Below, in pieces: positions 41,472-52,326 of a DNA stretch of 64,000 bases. The position numbers and the translations under genes are program-made. The notes below the pieces were generated by a model, which was given only the letters and a program-made list of their open reading frames with translations, was not told where the DNA came from and ran no database searches. Origin of the DNA: an uncultured virus (IMG/VR IMGVR_UViG_3300011871_000042) (Duplodnaviria > Heunggongvirae > Uroviricota > Caudoviricetes); the IMG/VR virus record IMGVR_UViG_3300011871_000042, one strand, 5' to 3'. The number at the start of each line of letters is the position of its first letter. Within the stretch, counting starts at the first letter, position 1.

Positions 41472-41837
41472 ATGATATGTTTTTATTTTAATATTGAGGA
41501 AAGTAATATGTTATCTAATTTTTTTTATATTTTTAAATTTCTTTTAATAGCTGTTTTTACAGGAGCTATTATGATTGCATTAGGTATGATGCTAAAACTT
41601 GGAGATATAGGAATTTATATCCAGCCTATATTGGTAGGTGGAGGTTCGGCTCTCATTGTTTTAGGTATATCAAGACAAATCAGCACAATGAAAGAAGATG
41701 GTTACTTTGATAATTTTTCTTTTAAAAACATCTTTAAGAAAAAAAATAAAAAGAAAGTAATAAATAAAAGTGTAAAAACAACGACAAAAAAAACTGAACC
41801 TGTAAGCGTTAAAAAAGAGGCTGTTGATAAAAAATGA
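41472..41837 (+). CDS. Small membrane protein (true start probably the ATG after GAGG, about 41508)
   Basis: Two TM helices, basic tail. Confidence 0.6.
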   Translation: MICFYFNIEESNMLSNFFYIFKFLLIAVFTGAIMIALGMMLKLGDIGIYIQPILVGGGSALIVLGISRQISTMKEDGYFDNFSFKNIFKKKNKKKVINKSVKTTTKKTEPVSVKKEAVDKK

Positions 41838-42571
41838 TAAGTAGTATAAAAAGCGGTTCCATATTTTTTATTAATGCTTGGAAAAATCTAAGCTATAAAA
41901 AAGCTATGGTATGGGGAATTTTAAGCTCCATTTACACAGGAGCTTTTTTATTATCAATCAATTATATATCTGAAAAAATTAATGATCCTTTGTTAGGATA
42001 TGTTTTTAAATCTGTCATATCAATACTTATTATTATTCCTATTTTTTTAATAGCTTATATTATCACAGATAAAAAGAATATATCTCATTTTAAAAATAAT
42101 ATATATAGTTTTTATATATGGTTATTACCAAGTTTAATGATAGCTTGTTTAGCTGGATTAGAAATGATATTTTTGGGAAATATATACATATTCTATTTAT
42201 TACTACTATTGAATGTTATATATTTAGTAGCGACAATGTTCTCACCATATTATCTATTTAAACATAAAGATTTAAAAGAAAGTATGATTGCCAGCATAAA
42301 AAGGATCCGCAGCGAACCTCAAATATTAGTTTCAGTAATTTTTAATATCATATTAACGATAATAATTTTCAATCTTATAAATACTATAGCATATTTAATA
42401 GCAGGTTATAATTTAAATGCTGGATTGATATTAACTATTTTTATTTCCTTATTTAAACCTTTATTATATTCTTTGCCTTTATTTAACTTATTAGAAACAA
42501 TAAGAATGGTAAAAGATAAAGAAGACAAAAAGAGAGATGTAAAAGTCGATAAAATAGGAGATATTATATAA
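41834..42571 (+). CDS. Polytopic membrane protein
   Basis: About six hydrophobic helices; ATGA overlap with the upstream gene. Confidence 0.7.
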   Translation: MISSIKSGSIFFINAWKNLSYKKAMVWGILSSIYTGAFLLSINYISEKINDPLLGYVFKSVISILIIIPIFLIAYIITDKKNISHFKNNIYSFYIWLLPSLMIACLAGLEMIFLGNIYIFYLLLLLNVIYLVATMFSPYYLFKHKDLKESMIASIKRIRSEPQILVSVIFNIILTIIIFNLINTIAYLIAGYNLNAGLILTIFISLFKPLLYSLPLFNLLETIRMVKDKEDKKRDVKVDKIGDII

Positions 42572-42583
42572 TAAAAAAGGCTC

Positions 42584-43081
42584 TCATGAGCCTTTTCTTT
42601 TTTCTTCAATAAATTTTCTAAAGAAATCTAATGTCTGTTCCCAATCTTTATATTTTCCATATGGGCCAAAATGTAAAACGGTCCCATTAAAATCCATAAC
42701 ATTAGCTTTATGAATCCTATCATCAATTAAAAAATCATCTTTTGTACCAAGCTGACCTTTATTGGGAGTGATCGTGGTATGTGGCAACATATGAGGTAAA
42801 TATTTTTCTAACCATAACAGTTTTTCTGTTGCTGCATAAGGATTATGGGTAGGGATTTTAGTTGCGATATGTGTATTAAATCCCATGTCTGCTATTTCTT
42901 TTAATGCGTCAAAAGCTCCGGGATAAGGCTCTAACTCTAAGTAAAGATTCCTAACTAGTTTTAGTTCTGAACCAACAATTCCCCTCTCAATAGATGCTCT
43001 TTCANNNNNNNNNNCAGCTAAAACACCATCCATATCAAAATAAACTGTTGGCACATAAATATTTTTTATTTCATTATACAT
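42584..43081 (-). CDS. HAD 5'(3')-deoxyribonucleotidase-like protein (contains an N gap)
   Basis: FDMDGVLA, EK..WL, LIDD. Confidence 0.8.
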   Translation of the reverse strand: MYNEIKNIYVPTVYFDMDGVLAXXXXERASIERGIVGSELKLVRNLYLELEPYPGAFDALKEIADMGFNTHIATKIPTHNPYAATEKLLWLEKYLPHMLPHTTITPNKGQLGTKDDFLIDDRIHKANVMDFNGTVLHFGPYGKYKDWEQTLDFFRKFIEEKRKGS

Positions 43082-43143
43082 CTTAACTATTCCTTTTTTA
43101 ATTTATAAACTTATTATGTATTTATCCACTAAAAATAGCAATT

Positions 43144-43168
43144 AAAAAAGGGCCGAAGCCCTTTTTTT
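43144..43168 (-). terminator. Intrinsic terminator after rpoD
   Basis: AAAAAAGGGC-CGAA-GCCCTTTTTT (UUCG loop on the minus strand). Confidence 0.85.
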
Positions 43169-44970
43169 TAATCAATTAAATCTTGCATTTCTTCAACACG
43201 ATGAGGTTTCTTAAGCTTATCTATTGCTTTAGCCTCTATCTGGCGTATACGCTCACGAGTTAGATTCATATCTTCACCTACTTCTTCTAATGTATGTTCG
43301 CGCTGCATATCAATACCAAAACGCATTCTAAGAACTTTAGCTTCTCTTGGATCCAAGGTACTAAGGATGCTATTTAAACGCTTATTTTGGCTTTCTTGTT
43401 CAATCATTTCTTGAGGCATCATTTGCTCATCTTCAATGAAATCACCTAATGTACTTGAGCCATCATCACCTACAGGAGTTTCAAGAGAAACAGTTTCTTT
43501 AGCAGCAGCATAAATAGCTTTTATTTTGGCTTCTGTTGTCCCCATATATTTAGCTAGATCTTCAATCGTTGGAGCTTTACCAGTTTCTTGTAAAATAATA
43601 CGAGTAGCTTTCTTCAATCGTTGAATAGAATCAACCATATAAACTGGAACTCTAACTGTTCTGCTTTGATCAGCTAAAGCACGAGTAATAGACTGTCGAA
43701 TCCACCAAGTAGCATATGTTGAAAACTTAAATCCACGTCTATGTTCAAACTTATCTACAGCTTTCATCAATCCAATATTGCCTTCCTGAATAACATCAAG
43801 TAAAGTTAATCCATAATGGAAATATTTTTTAGCAATCGAAACAACCAGTCTAAGGTTAGATTCAATCATTTTCTTTTTAGCGCCTTTCATTGTTTCATGA
43901 GCATTTGTAGCTTTAGTGCTAATTTGCTTTAACTTAGGAACTGAAAGACCATTTACACCTACAATAGCAACTATAGCTTGTTGTTTCTGTTCAATCTTTT
44001 CTAAATAAGCTTGGATTTTTTCTTTATTTTTATCATTCAATCCAATATGCCAATTACTATTTACCTCATTGCCAATAAATGCTTTACGGAAATCTTCAAA
44101 GACAACACGAGCTTTTAAAGTCACAATATCTTTTATTTCTTTTTCTATTTCACGAATTTTAGTAATATCTTGTTTTAACGTAGTATTAAGTTTATCAACA
44201 GTTTTCTGTGTAAATCTAATGTCAGTTAACAATGTGTTCATATCATTACAGGCATTAATATAAGTAATACTATTTTCACCTTCTTTCAAACCTTCCTTCA
44301 TTGCTGAAAGGATAGCAGGAATTTTTTCAGAGATAGCCGCAATTTCAATACGAATTTTCTCGGAGTTAATATCGTTAATATCATAGTCTTCGTCTTCATT
44401 TTCAGAGAAATTCAATGGTGACGAAATATCAGAATCATCTTCTACATCTTCCTCATTTTCAGAAATAACGATACCTTCATCTAAAAAGCTAATCCCGTCA
44501 ATAACTTCATTAACATCTACTTTTTTATCAACAACATCAACTAAAAGGGTATACAAATCATAACAAACAGAAGGTGAAAGAATCATAACATTTAGATGTT
44601 CTTGTCTAGCTTTTTCAATAATATCACACAACTCATACTCTTTTTCTTTAGTTAAAAGAGGAGAACGACTAAGATTTCTCATATAAAGTCTAGTAGAATC
44701 AGTGCTTACAACATCACTCGCAGATGCAATTTCGTCCATAGCATCATCACGATCAATAGAATCAACAAATTTATCTACAGTATCATGTTCTTCTTCAGAA
44801 GCATCATTTACAACAATACCAAGCTCTTGGATGGTATGAACTACGTGTTCAAAAGTACTTTCACTTGTATCGGCAGGAAGAGCCTCTTTAATATCTTCCA
44901 GAGTTAAAAATCCATTAACTTCACCTGTCTCTATCAAACTTGAAATATTTACTGAACTACTTTTATTCAT
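43168..44970 (-). CDS. rpoD: Primary-type RNA polymerase sigma-70 factor
   Basis: Regions 1.1, 1.2 and [59 protein letters not shown]. Confidence 0.93.
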   Translation of the reverse strand: MNKSSSVNISSLIETGEVNGFLTLEDIKEALPADTSESTFEHVVHTIQELGIVVNDASEEEHDTVDKFVDSIDRDDAMDEIASASDVVSTDSTRLYMRNLSRSPLLTKEKEYELCDIIEKARQEHLNVMILSPSVCYDLYTLLVDVVDKKVDVNEVIDGISFLDEGIVISENEEDVEDDSDISSPLNFSENEDEDYDINDINSEKIRIEIAAISEKIPAILSAMKEGLKEGENSITYINACNDMNTLLTDIRFTQKTVDKLNTTLKQDITKIREIEKEIKDIVTLKARVVFEDFRKAFIGNEVNSNWHIGLNDKNKEKIQAYLEKIEQKQQAIVAIVGVNGLSVPKLKQISTKATNAHETMKGAKKKMIESNLRLVVSIAKKYFHYGLTLLDVIQEGNIGLMKAVDKFEHRRGFKFSTYATWWIRQSITRALADQSRTVRVPVYMVDSIQRLKKATRIILQETGKAPTIEDLAKYMGTTEAKIKAIYAAAKETVSLETPVGDDGSSTLGDFIEDEQMMPQEMIEQESQNKRLNSILSTLDPREAKVLRMRFGIDMQREHTLEEVGEDMNLTRERIRQIEAKAIDKLKKPHRVEEMQDLID

Positions 44971-45175
44971 ATAGGAACTCCTGATTTAGATTTTTGGAAT
45001 ACTTTATTAAGCTAAGGACGGTAGTATATACATTTTCTTTATGCAATGCTCGTGTTTTTTTCATTTTTTTTAAATTATTTTTCTTTGTATAAATATTAGA
45101 CAATAATAGCACATCTAGTGTGCTATTATTCATATTATATAAATGGGAAATAATTATTTAGTTTCAACCTCGTAT

Positions 45176-46713
45176 TCAATTATTAATGAATATTAAATCA
45201 TCAATTGATGTTGTGATAAAAGGAATAAAGGGATTAAACAATATCAAATACCTCTGTAATATCATTAAGCCCTCAATAGCAATGTCTTTGTTATTATTCC
45301 ATAATTCCTTTTTATTTTGTTCAATCCAATAGTCACAAAAGTAAGATCTGAAATGATTCTGAAGCTGCCTTGAACAAGTAGAAAATTTATCCTTTGAAAG
45401 CAAATCATACCATGTTTCTGTGATTTTGTCCATTTCTGATGAAATGAAATCCCTCTCTTTTATATCCTTTTTATTATCTATAAAATAGGTATGCATATTA
45501 ATAAATCTTGATGCTTGCCATATTTTATTAATAAATTTCTTTTCTTCATTTAGCCAATCAAGATTAAATTTTATATCTAATCCGGGTTCTGTATGATTAC
45601 ATAATGTCCATCTTAGGCAATCAGCACCATGAGACTCTATACAAAGTAAAGGATCTATTCCGTTCCCCAAAGATTTAGACATTTTCTTATTATTTTTATC
45701 TCTTATTATTCCATGTAAATAAATTTCATTAAAGGGATATTTACCTGTGATTAATTTACACATCATTAACATTCTTGCACACCAAAAGAAAATAATATCA
45801 TCCGCTGTTTCAAGCCATGAGCAAGGATAAAATTGTTCAAAATCGGTTGTTTTGTGAGGCCATCCAAGAATTGCTGCAGGCCATATAGAAGATAAAAACC
45901 ATGTATCAAAAGTAAAGTTTTCTTTTATCCAGTTGGGATCACTGTGATCTATATCGCTAAAACGAGCTGTACGCTCTTCTAATGAGTTATAAGCTATAGG
46001 GATAGGCAAACCCCAAGGTATCTGTCTTGATATGCACCAAGGCTCTATATTTTTAAGAAAACTGATCAGTGTATTTTTACCACTTTCAGGAGTAATTTTA
46101 ATTATACCAGATTCAAGATCTTTTAAAAGCTCTTGAGCTAAATTAGTCATATCTAAATAATACTGATTATTTTCTCTATACAACATTCCATTTTCATAAC
46201 AAATATCAAAAGCTTTCAGAGAAGATTTTTTATATTCTTCATCAAGTGTAAAACGTTCTTTATTCCAGTTACAGGAAGCTCCCATACTAAAAATCTGAGT
46301 TTTTATTCTGCGTTGATAAAAATCTTTCCAAATATTGGCTTCTTCAAAATAAGCAGAAAGATCGTTAGGATCTAAATTTTTCTCATTCATTGAAAGTAAT
46401 ATTTTTTCATGAGTTGCTAAACCTGCATGATCCGTTCCCGGAATCCACAATGAATTATTCCCAATAATAGTATTAAATCTGGTTTTAATATCTTGTAATG
46501 TTAAGAACAATGAGTGTCCTAAATGTAATTGACCTGTAATATTAGGTGGTGGCATTGGTAGGAACCAATTTTGTTTTTTATGATTAGGTAAAGACAGTTT
46601 GAAGTGATTTAAAAGATCTTGCTGAGGATTATTTCCCCATTTTGAAATTAATCTAGATTCCTCAGATTGGAAATCAAAGAATTTATTTAGTTCATTACGT
46701 TTAACTGTGTCAT
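45176..46713 (-). CDS. valS: Minimal valyl-tRNA synthetase (no CP1 editing domain or C-terminal coiled coil); start is out of frame
   Basis: PPPNITGQLHLGH, PGTDHAG.AT, WCISRQ, DTWF.S, FFWCARM, KMSKSLGN; the frame is open about 53 codons upstream of 46555 with FDFQSEE..SKW but has no in-frame ATG/GTG/TTG. Confidence 0.85.
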
Positions 46714-46957
46714 AGCATCCTCCTATTTATTTTTACTTGACGAAAAAATAATAAAATATTTCAAAGTAATTTTCAATTGTTTTTTACGTATTTTTTGAAA
46801 AAATAATCTTCCAAGAAATCCAAAATTTGTACCTATTTTTTAAAACCAAAATTTTACCTTAGAAGAAAAACTGTAATTAAATTATAATTAAGAATTAATT
46901 AAGGGGGAAAAAAAGGCTATTTTTTCTTTAATATTCAATAAGATAAAAATACGAACA

Positions 46958-47139
46958 TATCCACTCACTACGGTAAAATAGCTACTCACTACGGTATTTT
47001 AGCCACCGCCTACGGTAATTTTAGCTACTCACTACGGTAAAATAGCTACTGCCTACGGTAATATTAAGTGTGAAATATTGCTTTTTTTAGCCACTCACTA
47101 CGGTAGAAACGGATAAAAATATAGCCACTCACTACGGTA
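46958..47139 (+). repeat. Seven 18-bp iterons (consensus TAGCYACTCACTACGGTA), putative replication origin
   Basis: Copies start at 46958, 46979, 47000, 47022, 47043, 47088, 47122; 21-22 bp period for the first five; AT-rich tract upstream; rep gene downstream. Confidence 0.9.
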
Positions 47140-47224
47140 AAAGGAGAAATAAAAAAGTTGTTAAAAATAATATTTTGACGTATGATAAAAACTTTAAATA
47201 TATAATATCGTAATAGGGTTAAAA

Positions 47225-48271
47225 ATGGAAAAAGAATTAGAGTTAGAAAAAGAAAGTGTCATTAATAAGAATAAAATAAAAATAATAAAACCCGCCATAA
47301 TAATAGCAGCAGATAATATAGAAAGTAAGGTAGAAAATGAAGAATTGACACCTTGGCCTATTGTAAGGAATTTCGGCATTCCTAATAAAATGTTAAGAAG
47401 TGCCTTGTTTGGAATTCAAAGAGAAAGGTCGGGAGTAGTTCCAGTTGATGATATGATTATTCCATGTCCTGAAGGAACTAAAATAAAGTATTCTGGACCA
47501 GTATTAAATCAGGATGATTCTTTGGTTTGGCAAATGATTGTTAGAGCTATTAGACAGAATAAAGCGCCTATGGGAGGATTAATTCAGCTATCTTCTCAAG
47601 AGATGTTAAAAGTATTAGATAGAACAGATGGTGGCCCTAATTTTTTATGGTTAAAATCATGTTTAGATAGATTAACAAAAGCTCATATTGTTATAGATAC
47701 ACCTAATGACGAAATAAGAAGTCATTTATTAGTAGGATATAGAGTAGATAAAAAGACAAAAAAAATAAACGTAGGAATAAGTGCTCTCCTTTATCCATTA
47801 TTTATTGGAGATCTTACTGATATTGATGTTATTAGAAAAACAAAGTTAAAAAGTCAAATATCAAGATGGCTTCATGATTTTTATTCTTCTCATTCAGAAC
47901 CTGTTCCTTATACTATTCAGAGGATTCAGGAACTATCAAGATCTAACAAACAAACAAGTAAGTTTAGAAAAATGATAGAAGGTGCAATAGAAGAGTTAAA
48001 ATATTGTGATCCTCCTCTTTTCACAGAAGATAGCTATTTAGATAAAAAAACAGATCAGCTTATTATCTATAAAGCAACTAATAGCCCCGGAGAAGCTCCT
48101 AAAAAAGTTTATGAGGCTAAATCAATAAAAACCATAGAAAGTAAATCAGATAAGAATTCAAGAGATGTAGAGTTAATAATGCATAGATTTAATATGACAG
48201 AAGAAGAAGTCGTATCACTAAATAATAGAGATTTTAAAAATTTACTTCAAAGCTTAAAACTAGCTTTATAA
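47225..48271 (+). CDS. trfA: TrfA-family plasmid replication initiator
   Basis: PN.MLRSALFG, IKYSG..LNQDD.LVW, R.DGG.N...L..CLDRL, WLH.FYSSH..P.P; next to iterons. Confidence 0.8.
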   Translation: MEKELELEKESVINKNKIKIIKPAIIIAADNIESKVENEELTPWPIVRNFGIPNKMLRSALFGIQRERSGVVPVDDMIIPCPEGTKIKYSGPVLNQDDSLVWQMIVRAIRQNKAPMGGLIQLSSQEMLKVLDRTDGGPNFLWLKSCLDRLTKAHIVIDTPNDEIRSHLLVGYRVDKKTKKINVGISALLYPLFIGDLTDIDVIRKTKLKSQISRWLHDFYSSHSEPVPYTIQRIQELSRSNKQTSKFRKMIEGAIEELKYCDPPLFTEDSYLDKKTDQLIIYKATNSPGEAPKKVYEAKSIKTIESKSDKNSRDVELIMHRFNMTEEEVVSLNNRDFKNLLQSLKLAL

Positions 48272-48289
48272 ATAAGGATGAAATAAAAT

Positions 48290-49354
48290 ATGAATTTAGA
48301 TGAAGATTCAATAGTTGACTATATTATTGAAAATTACCAGATTAATTACTTTGATACTATTGATTTTCTTAAAGATAATAAAAAATCTTTAAATAAGGAA
48401 ATATTAAAAAAAATAATGGTTGGGCTTTATTTTTCTTATTCATATAAAATTTCCGAAAGATACTTATCAAGTTATTGTCCTTATTTTGAAATTTCTTATC
48501 AAGAATTTGATGAAATGGAAAAAGATGTTTTTATTACAAATAATCAAGAACTGCCATACTACAAGCTTTTTTTAGATTTTCTATCCAATGATAAAATTGA
48601 TTTTAATTTGAAGAATACTTATATATCTTCAAAAAATATAGAGGAGGAGTATTGGTATAATTTAATCATAGAAGCTATTAAGTTTGGTAATCTAGATGAA
48701 ATATCTGAATATTTATTAAAGCATTTAAAAAATGTCGATTTTTGCTTTGATAATAAAGTCAATTTCTATAACTATGTTATTTCAGGTGATAATATAATTA
48801 GTCGTAAAAAGAAGGCCGATTATATTAATTATATAAAATTATTTAGAAAACTTGGATTTGATATAAATAATAAAGATTCAACCGGTATGGTGCCTTTACA
48901 TAATGCTATTAGAAAAAAAGAAAAGCAAATGATTGTATCTATTATAAAGTATAAACCTGAATGTGATATATTCATCGAAAATAATCATTTATGGAATTTG
49001 TATTTAGAAAAATTTAGATATGATGAATACAATTATAATGTGTATCAATATTTTTTAAAAAATGTATCGTTAGAAAGCTTAAAAAAAATGGTAGGGGGAT
49101 ATTATTTATGTGGTAGAGTATTAAATAAAAGCAATATAGGAAATGCCACAAAAGAACTTATAAAGAAAAGTTTTTCTTTTTATAATGATAAAAATAGTTT
49201 TAAGGATAAAACTATTAGAGAAAGAATGATAAGTCATCCAATCATTGGAAAACTTTTTAGAGAAGAAGAAATGATTTATTTGGAAAATAAAATAATACAT
49301 TCTATGAAGAATAAAACTATTGAAGATAGTAGGTTAGCAAGAAGAAGAATATAA
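48290..49354 (+). CDS. Hypothetical protein with a degenerate ankyrin repeat
   Basis: GFDINNKDSTGMVPLHNAI; ends RLARRRI. Confidence 0.65.
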   Translation: MNLDEDSIVDYIIENYQINYFDTIDFLKDNKKSLNKEILKKIMVGLYFSYSYKISERYLSSYCPYFEISYQEFDEMEKDVFITNNQELPYYKLFLDFLSNDKIDFNLKNTYISSKNIEEEYWYNLIIEAIKFGNLDEISEYLLKHLKNVDFCFDNKVNFYNYVISGDNIISRKKKADYINYIKLFRKLGFDINNKDSTGMVPLHNAIRKKEKQMIVSIIKYKPECDIFIENNHLWNLYLEKFRYDEYNYNVYQYFLKNVSLESLKKMVGGYYLCGRVLNKSNIGNATKELIKKSFSFYNDKNSFKDKTIRERMISHPIIGKLFREEEMIYLENKIIHSMKNKTIEDSRLARRRI

Positions 49355-49777
49355 ATCAGTACTATATTTTTCAATTATTTCGCTGAAATTACGCTCAAAA
49401 TCATCTATTCTTTTTTCCATTATTGAAAAATATTGTTTTTCCAATGAATCAAAATCTATCACGTAACCTTGATAATTTTTATTGATATCTATTTTTTCAG
49501 ACAATAAGTTTAAGATTAATCTAACATCATAATGCTTACCTATAAAATACTCAATGAGTATAATAGCATTATGATTATCTAATTTTAAGTTATTCCATCT
49601 GATAATAATTTCAAGAAAATTTGCAATGACTTCTCTTCTTTGAGCTTTTCTTAAAGCTCCTATTTTTTTACCTAAAAGAGAAGCCTCGTGGTTCCACTGA
49701 TTATAATTATCATCTTTTGAAACTGTTATCTTATAGTCATGTAAAATAGTTTTTATTTCGTTTTCAAATTTATTCAT
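49334..49777 (-). CDS. Hypothetical protein
   Basis: 147-aa ORF with SD AGGA. Confidence 0.55.
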   Translation of the reverse strand: MNKFENEIKTILHDYKITVSKDDNYNQWNHEASLLGKKIGALRKAQRREVIANFLEIIIRWNNLKLDNHNAIILIEYFIGKHYDVRLILNLLSEKIDINKNYQGYVIDFDSLEKQYFSIMEKRIDDFERNFSEIIEKYSTDLYSSSC

Positions 49778-49880
49778 ATGGTTATTCCTACCATTATTTA
49801 TTTAATACATTTTTAACATGAAATTTATTATTATCAATAATAAGATATAAAAAAGGGGCCGAAGCCCCTTATATTTTATA

Positions 49881-52046
49881 TTATTTTGAAATTTCAACAT
49901 CATTTAATGTGGCAGAAACAATAACCTCATTTGTAATCCCTTCAGGTTTTATTGTTAAAGTATTATCATCTAATCCATCCATATCACTAAACCAGCAATG
50001 TCCAACAATAATACAAAACTTAATTTTTGCCAACTCATTATTTAAACTTCTTGTCTTTTTAACTGCTGAATCAGCTTCGCTATCAAGCCAAGTAATAAGA
50101 AGTGCTTGAGGATCGGCAGCATTTTTATAAATATCAGATTGTTTAAATTCTTGTACTCTTTTTATTGCTCTTGCCATCACTTCTTCTCTTAATGTTAATG
50201 ATTTTTTCTCATTAAGTTTCTTTTCAACATCATCTACTTTAGGGAGACTTGATAAACCTTTAACACTAATATTCATTTCTTTAGCTAAATAAACATCACC
50301 AGAAGATACAGATGTTGTTGATGGACTAAAACCACTATAATCTGTAAGTCCTACGCTCTTAAGCCATTCTGCAGCCTCTTTTCCATAAATAACAGTATAT
50401 CCTTGGCTTGTTTTTTCAACAAGTTGAGCTTTATAGAACTTAAATACTTTTTGATCACCTTTTAAATATTCCAATTCAAAAGCTTTTGCAAAAGTCTCTT
50501 TAGCTGAAACTTTCTTAACCATATTTCTATTAATAATAGGAAGTTTAGAAACATCTAAGCTATATATTTTTTTCTCTTGATAAACTTCATTTTCCAACAA
50601 TCCATGAGATTTTAGGGTATTAAAAGTTTCTTCTGAAAGAGAAACAGGCAATTTTCTACTATGAACAATACCATCTTTAATTATAGTGTAGTTTCTATAT
50701 ATGAATGATGGGAATTTTTCTGGTAAATTTTTAAATGGTTTGTCTAAAGGTAAAGAAACAAAACCTTCAATTTTTACGTTAACAGAAATATTTGGTCTTT
50801 TTTCATTATAAACAAGACTTCTCATAGGAACGCCCGGATTATCATCATATGCTGTAAATTTAAAACTATCATCTTTTGCTACAGTTTCTTTCCCAATGCT
50901 TTGATAGTTAAATGACTTATCAAATGGATAGAAATAGTTTCCTTCATTGCTAATAAGTAAATTTATCGCATCAAGAACAGTATAAGCATCTTCATTTGGG
51001 ATAGCATTAGGATCTCTACCTTCTAAGAACCTTTCTTTTTCATTAAATGCCAATAAAAGACATTCATTGTAAAAGTCATTATAATCTTGTTTACTAAAAC
51101 AGTTTACAAAATGGTTAACAAGTTTTACATCAGCCAAAGATTTTAGGGTATCGAATATTTCATCAGTTTTTAATCTTTGTGCAAGAGTAGCAAGACCAAC
51201 ATATGTTAATACATCGACAGGATCTTCTACACCATCTACACCATCATTAAAATAAGCAATGAATTCTGTAGTGTCAGGAAGTAATACTTCATTATTTTCA
51301 TCTACAGAAAATGTTTGAACGTTATGTTCACTATCAAAAGTAAAAGCATATCCAAGCTTAGGAGTATGATCTAATTTAACTTGAATTTTCTTTATTGCAA
51401 AGCCGGGACGAAGAAGTTGGTTCTCGAAACTTGCTTCATAATCGACAAAGTGTTCATTAAATACAAGTTGTCCTCCAACGGTTTCAGCCATTTGAGAAAG
51501 AAGTTTTCTATTACAGTTCCATCCATATTCAATAAATGTAGCACTTGCTAATTCTTTCTGTAATGGAGCAACGACATTTAATATTTCCTGTGTTTTCCAT
51601 TCATTATCATATCCATCTGTCATAAAGAATAAAGAAAATACACCAGTAGAGTCATTTTGCTTAATTCTTTTTATTACTTGAGCGGCCTCTTCAAGAGGTT
51701 GCTTAAATCCTGTAAGACCAACAGGTTGTAAAAACTTATCGATTGCGGCATTTAATTTTGTAAGATCCGTTACTTTTTTAACGGGAACAGCTTCTTGCAA
51801 TACACCAAATTGGTTTTTACCACTAAACCAAATTAAGGTAATAGTATCTTTTTCTTTTACTAATGTAGGAAGCTTATTTTTTAATTGCTTTCTTAATTCA
51901 GGAAGATCGTGATACATAGATCCAGAGCAATCAATAACAGCTATATGATGAGTTGGGACGTTTTTAGGTTTTGGAGCATCTTCTTTTTTTATTGATTGTA
52001 TTGATAATCCTAGATTTTTAGATAATCTTATATTTTTACTTTGCAT
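49881..52046 (-). CDS. von Willebrand factor A domain protein
   Basis: MIDAS motif DCSGSM, T, FMTDG. Confidence 0.85.
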   Translation of the reverse strand: MQSKNIRLSKNLGLSIQSIKKEDAPKPKNVPTHHIAVIDCSGSMYHDLPELRKQLKNKLPTLVKEKDTITLIWFSGKNQFGVLQEAVPVKKVTDLTKLNAAIDKFLQPVGLTGFKQPLEEAAQVIKRIKQNDSTGVFSLFFMTDGYDNEWKTQEILNVVAPLQKELASATFIEYGWNCNRKLLSQMAETVGGQLVFNEHFVDYEASFENQLLRPGFAIKKIQVKLDHTPKLGYAFTFDSEHNVQTFSVDENNEVLLPDTTEFIAYFNDGVDGVEDPVDVLTYVGLATLAQRLKTDEIFDTLKSLADVKLVNHFVNCFSKQDYNDFYNECLLLAFNEKERFLEGRDPNAIPNEDAYTVLDAINLLISNEGNYFYPFDKSFNYQSIGKETVAKDDSFKFTAYDDNPGVPMRSLVYNEKRPNISVNVKIEGFVSLPLDKPFKNLPEKFPSFIYRNYTIIKDGIVHSRKLPVSLSEETFNTLKSHGLLENEVYQEKKIYSLDVSKLPIINRNMVKKVSAKETFAKAFELEYLKGDQKVFKFYKAQLVEKTSQGYTVIYGKEAAEWLKSVGLTDYSGFSPSTTSVSSGDVYLAKEMNISVKGLSSLPKVDDVEKKLNEKKSLTLREEVMARAIKRVQEFKQSDIYKNAADPQALLITWLDSEADSAVKKTRSLNNELAKIKFCIIVGHCWFSDMDGLDDNTLTIKPEGITNEVIVSATLNDVEISK

Positions 52047-52326
52047 ATTTTAGCCTCTTCGGGATATTTGGTTTAATGTTTCGTTAAAAAATGACCTTTT
52101 TAACTTATGAAAATAGTAACATATTTTCTTAAAAAGATCCAATTTATAACAGTTTTAATTCTTTTTTATATTATTAAAATTCAATAACTTATAAGTGTTC
52201 GTAAAAGTTTTTTATAACATTTAACGCTATAGGAATTGTCTAATTTTGTGAAGAATTTGTGAAGAAGATTGTATTTTATTCACTTTTAAGTTATTGTATC
52301 GAAACAATAATGAAAGGAGATATATT

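Noticed and set aside
46957..46965. DnaA box ATATCCACT at the origin
   Set aside because: Two mismatches to TTATCCACA, and it is part of the first iteron.
46958..47139. CRISPR array
   Set aside because: The repeats are 18 bp with mostly 3-4 nt gaps, no unique spacers and no cas operon; this fits iterons.
52047..52075. Third copy of the SD-insert RNA upstream of the vWA gene (ATATCCC)
   Set aside because: Only a partial core match, no closing stem, and a normal SD (GAGG) sits 7 nt from the ATG.
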